Part shown: positions 51,270-62,300 of the stretch, piece after piece
Layout of the letters: every line of letters begins with the position of its first letter
How positions within the stretch are numbered: the stretch's first letter is position 1
Assembly (NCBI RefSeq): GCF_040938485.1
Contig: NW_027271682.1
Coordinates: 3,658,001 to 3,722,000 of the forward strand
Direction: 5' to 3'
Source: Diadema antillarum
Lineage: Eukaryota
DNA: 64,000 bases
Notes under the pieces: model-generated
The model's database searches: none
What the model saw: the letters and a program-made list of their open reading frames with translations, nothing else
Told to the model about the DNA's origin: nothing
Translations under genes and position numbers: made by a program

Positions 51270-51664
51270 TTGGATAATAAAGCTGGTTGCCTGTTGAGAA
51301 AAGAAATTCATACAAGGTTGCAATGATTATCTGTAAGGGTTTAGGCTTACATAAATTGGCACCTGAATATTTGAATAGTTTACTGTCCCCACCACACAGG
51401 CCATAATTACAGACTGCACTTACATGTGAAGGCACTTCAATTTTACATATTCCAAGAGCTGTTTCAAAAAGAGCAGAGGTTAGCTTTGATATTTGTGAAA
51501 TAGTTTGCCAGCACATTTATGGCTTTGTTCATCAACAGAATCTTTAAGAGAAACTTAAAGACACACTTATTTTCATTGTAATGTAACAATATTGGAGAGC
51601 TGTATGTAAAGCGCGTAGAGCAGTTTTTCATTGATTATGCGCTGTGCCAGTTATTATCATTATC
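51270..51664 (+). mobile_element. 3' fragment of an L2/CR1-clade LINE (C-terminal tail of ORF2, 3' UTR and tail)
   Basis: Degenerate translation SWLPVEKRNSYKVAMI..K.L..LAPEYLNSLL...LHIPR...SF, then FKRNLKTHLF, followed by tgtaaagcgcgtagag...tatgcgct...(ttatca)n, typical of L2 ends. Confidence 0.8.
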
Positions 51665-52568
51665 AAAGCTACTAGAGTGAACAAGATCTCAGTCAATTTT
51701 AGGTTCAGGTATATCAAACGATCCGATCGACCAAGATTATCCATAACAAATACCATGAGACTTATTCAGGCTTTGTCTGACTTATAGCAACAACGTATCA
51801 GGGCCAGTAATGCCAGCCTCAAATTGGAATGGGTGCAAAAAGGTAGAACGGTCTGTTCATCATGAGGAATTCAGGCCAAATGCATTCATATAACATGGAG
51901 TATGTGGCAACCTGAACCATTTTGCAAGCAAAGTTAAGAGTTGGTACAGTTTTCAAGTATCGCTTTTCACCATTTGGGGCCATAGATATATAACACACGC
52001 TTGTTTAGTTCCAGCGGGCATGAAATTAACATGCGTGCCATATTACATACACAGTTCGCCATTGGGCATTAGTGCTACATCATTGAGAAGGTGTACCACC
52101 GAGTATCAACTTCTCAGTCTAGCCAAAAACTGTTTCTCAGACTTCTTTGTGTAAGTGCTGAGCTCAAATTGGCTTGAACTGCTTTAGAAACCACCTCCCA
52201 CCAGCAGAGAAAAAAACATAGCTGTGCTGATTCAAGTCTGTTTTTCAATATTTACAGCACACGACTTTATGGAAATTACTCGTTACAGCTAGAGGAACAA
52301 ATAATATGCTAGATCTTTGATAAGTAATACAAGGAGATATTAAGATAAACATTAATCTCTAACAGTAACTGTTAACTTATAATTTGGCGAGTTTGACACC
52401 AGTGCAATGGTGATAAATATTAACGCAGTTTCTTCTTCCGATTGTTAATTGTTCAATTTGTTATTCCTCAAGTGGTTTATTTCAAAGTTAATGGAACTTC
52501 CTGTTGAAAAAGGCAATAAAAGCTTCAGAAACAAAAGTGGCCCCTGTGTATTAAAGTTATGGTGATCA

Positions 52569-52687
52569 GGGCCCTGTTTTATGAAGAGTTATAATCGATT
52601 ATATAGTTGATTTCTATCATAAGTCTATGGCAGCCTGTGTGGTAAGAAAATCTATAATCGATTTTATCTTTCGATAAAGATGGGCCC
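52569..52687. mobile_element. 119-bp MITE with GGGCCC ends (Harbinger-like)
   Basis: Imperfect TIRs of about 35 bp: GGGCCC..TTTAT.GAA.G.TA.AATCGATTATA. Confidence 0.6.
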
Positions 52688-55600
52688 GTGTCATCCAATT
52701 TGCATTTATGCTGGTCATATATACGCCATTGATCATAGCAGCAAGGTGGGACACTGATTTTGTGAATACCTGGAAGTATGGACCAGAGCGGGAGTATACA
52801 CCTGCTCTAGGTGAACACTCACACCTGCTATGGATGTCCGTGATCACAAAACAGTGTCTTACGGGAGGTGGCAGATCTCACAAGGGGGTCATGTGTGGCA
52901 AGTGACATGAATGCACAAATGCTTTTCACATGCAAGAGCATTCACATTAGAAGGGCTTTGTGAGTGTGACTGCGCATTTGTATGTCTGTTTGTTGTTGTC
53001 TTTCGGTTTGTTCTTGCTTCTGTGTTGGAAGTCACAGCTGCAATGGTCCATGGAGTTCATAGTAGAAACAGAGAGGTGCTCACCTCCCTGGTAGAAAGGA
53101 TGATAAACAGTGAAGGCATTCATTTTGATGGAATTCCTTCTTAAAGAATCAAGGCCATGTAAACTGTCTTCCTGTTTTTTCCTCCACAAGAATTGTCCAG
53201 ATTTTATCTCTGTTGTCCATTGTTTTCCTTTGTTTATCTCCAGTGGGGGATGGGGGTTTCATCATCCTGAGGTAAGAGGGGTTGGTGTGCCTCCTTAGGA
53301 CCACCTCCAGCCATTCATCCTCCTCTTGATGGCTCTTGAAGGCTCTTGAAGAGGACCTCCAGAACCATCCCCCCCCCCTCCCTGACATATTTGATGGGCC
53401 ATGTCAATTGGCTATTAACCTCCGCTTTACTCCCTCGGACCCAGTTTTTCATTCGCCACCCCTCCGCCCCCATGTTCCGGCTTCAAGCTTTAGATTCACG
53501 ATGGGGATTGACATTCTACCCATAATGCCTTGGGTATTTTAATCTGCTCTCCACAATCTTTTTTTTTTTCTTCCTCCATCTCCTTTCCCTGTGCAATACA
53601 CACTGGTCTGCTATCACTGCTATCAAGGAGCTTGAATATTATCCCGAAGCAGCACTTGATCTTTGGTTGTCTTGACGAGAAGTTTATCCTCCCAGCTTGA
53701 GGAGTTCCAGTTTCCAAGACACCTCTAATGTAACGCATTCCACCTTTTAAAAGTAAACTGAATTTGTTACACTGTGAAATTCTTTGAAATCAAAAAGGCA
53801 AAGTGGGTGGTAATTTAGTCATGTTTCTTTTTCCTTTTTCTAACATATTCACACAGCCCCCCCCCCAAAAAAAAAAATGGAAACTTTTTCAGCGAAATTT
53901 CAATTTATAGAACATATCCATATCAATCCAAAGGCACTTTTCCTCAGAGGAAAAAAAAAAGCATTTGCAGAATTCCAAATTAGGGAAATTTGAGATCTTT
54001 AGCAAAAAAAAAAAAAAAAAGAGTGCATAGGTGACATTCATTTAAAGCATTGGAAGAATATTTCAAAGCCCTGAATAAATAGAGTGTTTCATGAATGAAT
54101 GTTTGAAACCTCAACAGAACTACAAGCAAACATATTTCATTTTCGTTTTTAGTAAGGGGGGGGGGGATTTCCGAGGTGAATTCAAGGTTGAGTTTCAAAA
54201 AGTCTTTGTAAGATAAGAGAGACTTATACTCCTGAATATTGAAAGAAGGGGCAAAGGTTAAAGTTTTGTTTATATTGAAATCAAGTGGTTGTTTAGTCAC
54301 TGGAAAGACTTCTGTGATGATTGTTTACTTTATAGTGTCATTGTACATTTTAGGTTAGGAATGCCAGGATTCAATATTTGCAGGTTATTGCTTTGTACAT
54401 TATTCATTTCCTGTGTGTCCGGTAAAAGACTGCTGCATTTCTCCAAGATGAACTCGCATACTACTTAGAGCAAACATACCAGTGATTTTGAAAAGGGTTT
54501 GTGATAAGAAAACTGTGTTTGTTGTAGCTTATGATATATTGTCGCATTTTAAACTAGTGCGGCGTTTGTATTTGAATCGTTTTTATTCTGAGTCACACAT
54601 TTATTCCTTTCCTATGATTGTAAGTAGTATTTGTGCATACTTTGTGATATACGTGTAGCATTGGTTGATCAGTGTGTAGTGACAATAGTCAGCTAGATTT
54701 CAACTACATTTGCCAGAAATTGTCTACTTTTATGCACCTGCTAATGGCATGATAGTAGTTAGTGGAATATGCACATGGGTTTTTCAGCCAATTATGTTTC
54801 TGTCACCCTTGTGCAGTCATTTTAATTCAATTGTACTCAGTTTACAGCCAAAAAAGAAGAAGATTAAAACAAAGAACCAATATGGTCAATACAGTATAAG
54901 GAACATTCTCATTAAGATCAATACAAATTATAGGTACACTGCTTTTTTTCTGGTGAGAGTTTACAAAGAAAACTCTCATCCATTTACTAAAAGCATCGCC
55001 AAAGACTCATACATTGCATGTGTGCTTGTTTGAGTGTGTTCATGATTGGATATCTGTTAGCACACACCATGTGTCATCACATGTTTTTGCATTCAAATTT
55101 TTCCCAATCCATGGATTAGACTTAAACTTGTTTTATAACTTTTGGCTTGTGTGTTTCACATGGACACAATGTACATACCTTGAGACTGAAGGTGTTAGAC
55201 ATTGATCTGTCATAACAATAAAAAGCAACCTTGTAGCTTTAAAATTGCCTCATATAACAAAAACAATGCCCACTTTTTTTCACTCCCACAATCCTTTGCA
55301 GCAGGTAATGTGCCACTGTAGCATTATAATTGGTCAGTTAGACAGTATGAACCTTGTCATAAGTTCCTTTCAACCGGTCAGTGAATCTACAGTCTTGAAT
55401 GAAGCAACAGCTATCTGTGCATTATGCCAACAGTACATCGCATTGCTACCACACATCTCAGCTGAAGATGGCCCCGTGGGAGTAATTATCATGCCATTCT
55501 GCTGTATATATACACACATACAGACATCTTGTAGTGGGTTAGGTTTCAAAGTGAGTGAATATGATCAATTAGAAGCGGCTACATGCTGATACAAGTGTAC

Positions 55601-56539
55601 ATGAACTGCTGCTATATCAGGAGCATCTGCAACTAGTGGATCACTGTATACTCACTCTTAATCAAGCCGTGTGTAACAATTGAAAGCTTTCAAAATCCTG
55701 TGCATATTTTTCAATGTTTAATGTTGATAAATGACTTTTCATCCTCATGATGAAGTAGATATTCCCTGATGTACATATGCGATATTATCACTAACCAAGT
55801 TAAAAAGTGAATAATTCTCTTTTTTTAAAAGGGTTACCAGTGGTTTAAGTGGCCATAATGATGTTGAAGCAGAAATTGTCCATAGCCACCACTTTTGTTA
55901 CATGCTTTCCAACTTGTAAGTCCTGAAAAATTATGAAGATTAAATAGTTTCCCTTTAATATGCTCTGTCCTTAACCCTTCTTGTCAAGATATTTTCCTAT
56001 CATCAGAAGATATGAAAACATCCACAGGAAACTGGACACCCCTGTGACCGATGTCCAGTCAGGATTGAGGATGAGAGTTGATGACGATGTGAGAAGTTTC
56101 TTATCTTCTGGAATGCTTGGAGGCATTAAATACCATTTGAATTTCACAGAATTCTGCAATATTCCCCTGAACATGTTGATGCATCATGAGCGCTCGGCTG
56201 TGATCGGATGGAGGCAGTGCAACAATAGACCCAGTCCTCCAGTTGGGATGGTATTTTCACTCCACAGTTTATTAGCCTTGGGGGTCGTAAACCTGATTAA
56301 AGGCGACATGGTCTGACATGATTGCTGTTGGCATATCGAGTGTTTCATCTTGTGGGGTGAAGCAGTTCAGCTTCTCCCCCTCCATTTCTTTTTCCCTATC
56401 TCCCACCACCACCACCATCACCAGGGAAGAAAAAAGCCTTAACTGACTTAGCTGATACTGTTACCAATAGGCTACTAGCATGATGGATGGTTGGTGAAAG
56501 TCATCCATGCTATGTGGACTATGTTGAATTACTCTCAGC

Positions 56540-56745
56540 TCCCTTTCCACGTATTCTCTCTCTCCATCTTCTCTTCTCTTCTCTTCTCTTTCTCTCCCTT
56601 TCTTTTCTCATCTCTCCATCTCCCCTCCTCTTTCAGTATTACCCTTTCTTTCTATTTTTGTATATCTTTCTCTTTCTCTCAATCTATATCTCTCCCCCCT
56701 CTCTATCTCTTCTCTCAATATATGTCTCTGTCTCTCACACACTGC
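56540..56745. repeat. Low-complexity pyrimidine (CT/CTT) tract
   Basis: Directly visible. Confidence 0.85.
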
Positions 56746-57152
56746 ATTGAACTTTTCCCCTGGGACTGTTGGTACATGGTTGACGGTGATAGAACACGTG
56801 TACAAAGTGTAATTGTTGATCAAAGGAAGGGAGTCAAAAGAGCTAGGTCAGAGGGCTCCAGAAAGCATCCCCGTTATAATTTTGACAGACAGAGATATGA
56901 CTGTGAGATATAGTGAGGATGTAATAGATGCAATATGTTTGGGAGGTGGGTTGTTAACTGTAAGCAAAAAGAGAAAGATGTTCAAAATGCTGGTACAAAT
57001 CTTGTTAGAGTTGACTGTCATCAATAGAGTTAAATCGAATAGACAGTATGAGGGGGATTCTATCAAAACTGGACTGGGAATTATGAAGGAAAAGAATATT
57101 GGAAGTTTCAGTGAACCCAGCGTAGAAGTGGTGTGAATAATCATAGTCTCAT

Positions 57153-57306
57153 TTTAATAAAGAGGTAAAAACTCTCTGTTCCTTGGATAGGATGTTAAAT
57201 GTAGGTCCCATGCATGAGGAACTCATGGTACATGCACATAAAAGGTCCCATAAAAGAGCAGGGTGTAAAACCAGTGAAGTGGTCTGCCCCACATACCCAC
57301 ACTAGA
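57153..57306 (+). mobile_element. Decayed second copy of the Nin/Deu SINE core
   Basis: ctctgttccttggataggatgttaaatgtaggtccc...aaaagagcagggtgtaaaaccagtgaagtggtc aligns with the 36928-37288 element, with CpG loss. Confidence 0.75.
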
Positions 57307-58694
57307 CAACGGGTGACTGATGCTGACCCCCATTCACCCCAGGTGATTGGCAATAGTCAGCAAACAGTGTCAAACTCAGGTTATTGTGCCATTATACACG
57401 TAAGGGAAGATGGAACTGTTTTCCATTTGGGTTATTCTCAATGCCTGGTAAGATAGATAGATAGCAAGCCATCAAATATTCGCAAGACAGTGAGTCGAGG
57501 GGAGCTGAATCTAAAGTGAAATCAGCCAACATTCCTTATTTCAGAGCATGTTGTACTTTTACCCCATCTTGACCTCATTGGTAATCATGCTTTACTGTCT
57601 TCATGTCTGACAGACTAAAGGTCACATGTTTGACTTGAGGTCAAATGCAGGGGTCAGACGTAGGATTTTCTGGTCGCCTATCCAACGAGGGATGACAGGG
57701 TTAGCTTTTATCTGAGCTATGAATTATGCCTTGACAGTCAGATTATTGTGAATTGTCATGGTTCTCTTGAAATGAATTGGCAATGAGCTGGAACCTTCTC
57801 ATCAGCGTAACAATGACTCCATAGAGAAACAGTGCAAGAACAGTCAAATCATTGAAAGAAAATTATGTGTATTAGTCTTCTATGTGTCTCTGAGTTTGTG
57901 TTTAATTTACTGATTCAGCAATGTTGCAAGTAGAAAATACAGAATTAAAATGGCGTTCATTAGTGTGCAGGGAAATTTTGCCTGGACTCTTTGATAAATC
58001 TCACATGATTTCGGTATTTCGGGAAATGGAATATCAAAAACAAGAGGGATCACCATGTGGGTATGCCAGTTACGTCGGGAATGTATCAAACGCGAGAAGC
58101 GGATATTGTGGCTCTCCTTGAGTGACCAAGAACGAAGGAATCTCTCTTTATGACCCACACGTGGGGATCACTTAACTGTGACATGTGTATGGATGACAGT
58201 GTAATGAGGCAAGTGCTATGTTTGGTGCGATGGTGAAGTCAATTGCAGATGTCCGCTTAACTCGCAACTGACCAACGGCACACTGGTCATCTGTCGGTCA
58301 TTACTGATACACCCCGCATCACATGCCACTGATGCTTGAATTGCCACAAATATCCTGGAGGTGGGAATCCCTTAAAATGCAGGCAGAGAAAGAAAGGTGT
58401 GGTGTGTGTGTGTGTGTGGGGGGGGGAGGGGGTTCTTTATAAAGTGGTCAATTTGGGGGGCACACATTTTCTAGTGAAAATTGAAACAAACCATTTTGAT
58501 GCTGGTTAGAATAACTGGGAAATTGAGGTGTGAGTTTCCTTCAATCTGTCTCCCTCTACAAATGATATTTATAAGATCGCAACTGCTGATCTATGATTTT
58601 TAACAAACATGTCGGAAAAAAAGGCACCAGCAGGATTCAGACCTGTCATCTACAATAGATGACAGGTTGCTTTTCATAGTTTGATTGCATATCT

Positions 58695-59085
58695 TTAAAT
58701 GGACTGTAAAGTACTGGTTGAGGTAGGGATTCATGTTTTGAACATTCCTAAGTGAGATAATGAAAAGCCTCTTATGAAATATGAAAGAGCATGTAATTTT
58801 AAGAAGGATTCAACGTTTATTTGATGAAAATTGGTTTTCAAATGGCTGAGATATCCAAAAAAGTGCTAATGATAAAAGGCGACATGCCCCAACTTTATTA
58901 CTATCCTTTTGTTTCACCTTGTTTTTGGATATCTCAGCCATTTCAAAACCGATTTTCATCGAATAAACTTTTGACACCCCTTACAACTGCATGCTCTTTG
59001 ACATCTCATAGAGTGGTTTCTGAATATCTCACAAAACGTTAAAAGCTAAATCTTTACCTCGACCAGAACTGTACACATCCTTTAA
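58695..59085 (-). mobile_element. About 383-bp Kolobok-like MITE, inverted relative to the 19929 copy, about 105 bp upstream of the 59192 exon
   Basis: Reverse complement of 19933-20316 over its full length; TTAA on both sides. Confidence 0.82.
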
Positions 59086-59191
59086 GCCTTTCATAGCTTG
59101 ATTACGTATATCTTGAATGTCACAATATTTTTTTTTCAACAATAATTATTTCAATCCCCTCCCCTCAATCTTTTTACTCTACCCTCTGCAG

Positions 59192-59318
59192 GCCAGCAGA
59201 CTAGTGTTTTGGAGTGCACTGATCTGGCTACAGGGGAGACGGTGGCCGACACAAGATGTGAGGGTCGCAAACCCGAGATCGCAACGAGGAACTGCAACAA
59301 CATCAATTGTCCCCCACG
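59192..59318 (+). CDS. ADAMTSL1/3: Internal exon: second half of the TSR, phase 1 to phase 2
   Basis: Translates (G)QQTSVLECTDLATGETVADTRCEGRKPEIATRNCNNINCPP(R) and completes the TSR begun at 24842. Resembles, from recall, the ADAMTSL1 segment GYQLTSAECYDL...VVAD..C...KP....CN..PCP. Strong pyrimidine tract plus TGCAG acceptor, donor CG|GTGAGT at 59319. Confidence 0.92.
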
Positions 59319-62300
59319 GTGAGTTGCTAGCAAGTTCAGTGCTGTTGTTGTGTCGTTTTGTTGCAGTGTGATCCAACTTTAACTTGGGGGGGGGGGACAC
59401 TTTGGGACAAATTTCATCTCATGAAAAAGTGTTCTCAATTCTTTCAAATGATGTGTGCATTCGTATATTATGTGGTTTCAATTGTGGATGCAAATGTTTC
59501 ACAACTGATTGTATGACAGCATCAAACTAGTGAATATGTACGATGTCATTGAGGGATGTTTTTTTTTTTCTGTGACTCTTTCAGCTGTTAGCTCTTTATG
59601 TGCCATCGTGGAAACCCCCTGTGTGCCACGTTATTCTGAGACAGGAAGGTAGTCATGCTCTGAGAAAGAATTCTGTTCTTCCAATTTGTATAACTCCTAC
59701 AAATTTCTGCTAAGATGGGCATGCTAGTTGGCAAAGTTAAAGAGGAATGCCAAGCTTTGTTTCGATATAAATTGTATGACGAATCTATTTTCAATTTTTC
59801 TTTTGAATGACCAGTTGCTACATTACTGTAAAGGCATGACTTTTGCACATAAAACCATAACAAAAACTTATAATAATACGAGCAAATCTAGTTGGGAACG
59901 CCGCTTGATAGTCAATCACCACATAGAATGCAAGCCATATATGAGAGGAACAAAAGCACGAGAGACGCTTTCATTGTGCCGCGGGATTAGTGGTGATTAG
60001 TGATTTATCGATCGGTTTGGGCGGCTTTGTTTGTTGAGCAGAATATGCGTAGTTGGCACGCCGTCGACTGAGTCGGACGTGCGAACTTGGCACATAAAGA
60101 GTTAAAGTATAAATTGACAAGTGGCAATATGCTCCTGCTGCCTTATGTTCATCTCAGGTTCAAGAAGTGTTTTTTTTTTCTTCTCTCAAGATGTTCACGC
60201 TTCCAGGCATTGTGGCATTTGTCATCTGATGGAGGTTACACTTCAGATCCAAAAGTGGATTCCCATCAAAAGATTGGGCTCCTACTATCCCTTGAGGTGC
60301 TAATGGCATTAAGGTCCTTTTTGAATGGAAGCTTTTTATGCACTTCGATGAAAGTTGAAACATGAATCCCTTTGCTTTCTTTCGGCATGAAGATTTTTTG
60401 CGAGACACCCTTTATTGCACAGAACAAGACCACACATACGATAGGTCCTGTGGATCCTTGGATCACCCCTAAGGAAGTATAGGCTGTGCTTTAAGTGGGA
60501 TCACTGGGTCAAAGGTGAAGGGTCATTCACACATGTCTCCAGGAGGCATTGTCAATGTCTGCAGGTTGCACCTGATGGATAGGGGGATGGGAGGTGGCAA
60601 GTGATATGCAGGAGATAATGCACCTGCCAGTGAACTGATCAAAACATTGCAATGTCACACAATAACAGCGAAATGGGGGGGGGGGGTGATTTTTAAAAAA
60701 AAATTGGTGATGAGATATATACACTAACATGTTTAGTACTACAACCACAGTGTACAGTATTTCTCTTGTTTGTGTAAAGAGAAATCATACGGTGATGGCA
60801 TGTTGTCTAGAAGTCTCATTCTGGCTAATTAAAATACAAAACTTACTGAGGTACCGTACACTGTGGTGCTTATGAAACTGCTCCCTTCCATTTTATTCCT
60901 GGAGCACTTACTTTGTGAATAGTGTGATGAATATGAACATGAAATGAGACTAGTACTCTATCCTCTGGCAATGATGGAAATTGAATATTGCAAATGAAAA
61001 CTGATGTATTGTGCATAGAAATGGAAATGGCATGTCTACAATGTTTTCTTAATAGAAGCCATATTCAGACGTATTTCTAGTCGGAGTAAAAATTTATGGC
61101 ACGGCAATTAAAATTCAAATTAATGCATATCTTACCACGACCCTTGTGTCCACATGACGGTCGTGGGAAGAAACTCCGACCAATTTATGTGCGAGGGTCG
61201 GTGTAACTTCCGGAAGTGGTAGCGCTGCGCACATCGACCATGCAATTGTTTTTTTTTTTTACCAGTCACATTTGTCTTTTCCATTCTTGTTGAATTTCAT
61301 CAGACATGTTGCATGAGATTGATTGTTGACTGAATCTTTTACCATGTGAAGAAAAATTTAAACGTTTCGCACTCTTGGGTAGGTATCTAGCTAGAATGAC
61401 TTTGGTATTAACATGAATTACATGTATTCTGCTACTACTGAAGCTGATGCATTTCCAAACTACTTTTTTCCCAATCTTAAAGTTTAACCACTTCAAGAGA
61501 AATTCACAATTCAATATTTCTTTAGGACTGTGTTCTGTTGCTTCTCAGAATACTGCCATGGTCGGTACTGTATGTCATAATTGTATTTGTTCTTAATTAC
61601 ACACACGCACACACTTATGCCCAAGTACACAAAGACTTGAACTCTCAAACCAAGTAAATATGACAGACTATAGAAGCACAGGTCAAACTTGGGTTGAAAG
61701 GCCATCGAGTAGCCTGCTGTGCAAATCTATCTATTACAAGGAACAACTGCTGTGAGAATTGTAGTCCAGTCAAGGGGGGGGGGGGGGGGGGTGGGGATGG
61801 GGGAGAGAGAGCATGGATTAACTAGCCAGTGTGGTCCTAGATAGAAACTTATTACTACTCCATTTGTCAGGGTTTCAACAACGACATGCATTGCTTTAAT
61901 ATCTAAATACACCTTTAACTGGACATGAAAATTAGGTGATTCATTCAATTTGTGATTGGGGTGAATGGCCATGCAATCTTTAAGGTGTTCGATCATCAGA
62001 GGACAGTGATTCTCATTTGACATTGTGGGGACTACAAGCTACAGGGCACGAAATCTCCGTAAATTGAAGCCAAAGTTTCAAATTCACCTGCATTTTCCCA
62101 ACTACATCTTCAAACAGAGCAGTAAGAATAAGAGTTTATACACTCCATTCACATTTGGTATGGTTGGATAGGCGAGGAATAGCTTCAAGTTGTCTGCCCT
62201 GTAGTTCAACTCTTCATTCCAACTAGATAGATATTCAGGGGGAAATGATTAGTTTATGATGGGAGGAAGCAGATGAAACTTATCATGAAGTGTGTGTGTG

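Larger units (their letters stand above)
24960..59191 (+). other. Intron (34,232 bp, GT-AG, phase 1) splitting a TSR at CGG|G
   Basis: Bounded by GTAAGA and TGCAG; joining restores a six-cysteine TSR. Confidence 0.85.

Noticed and set aside
56813-57136. IPVIILTDRD…SEDVIDAICLG resembles a bacterial response-regulator receiver motif
   Set aside because: There is no upstream acidic pocket or phospho-Asp and no KP motif; the antisense frame is also open; AT-rich eukaryotic context adjoining a SINE remnant. Treated as coincidence.
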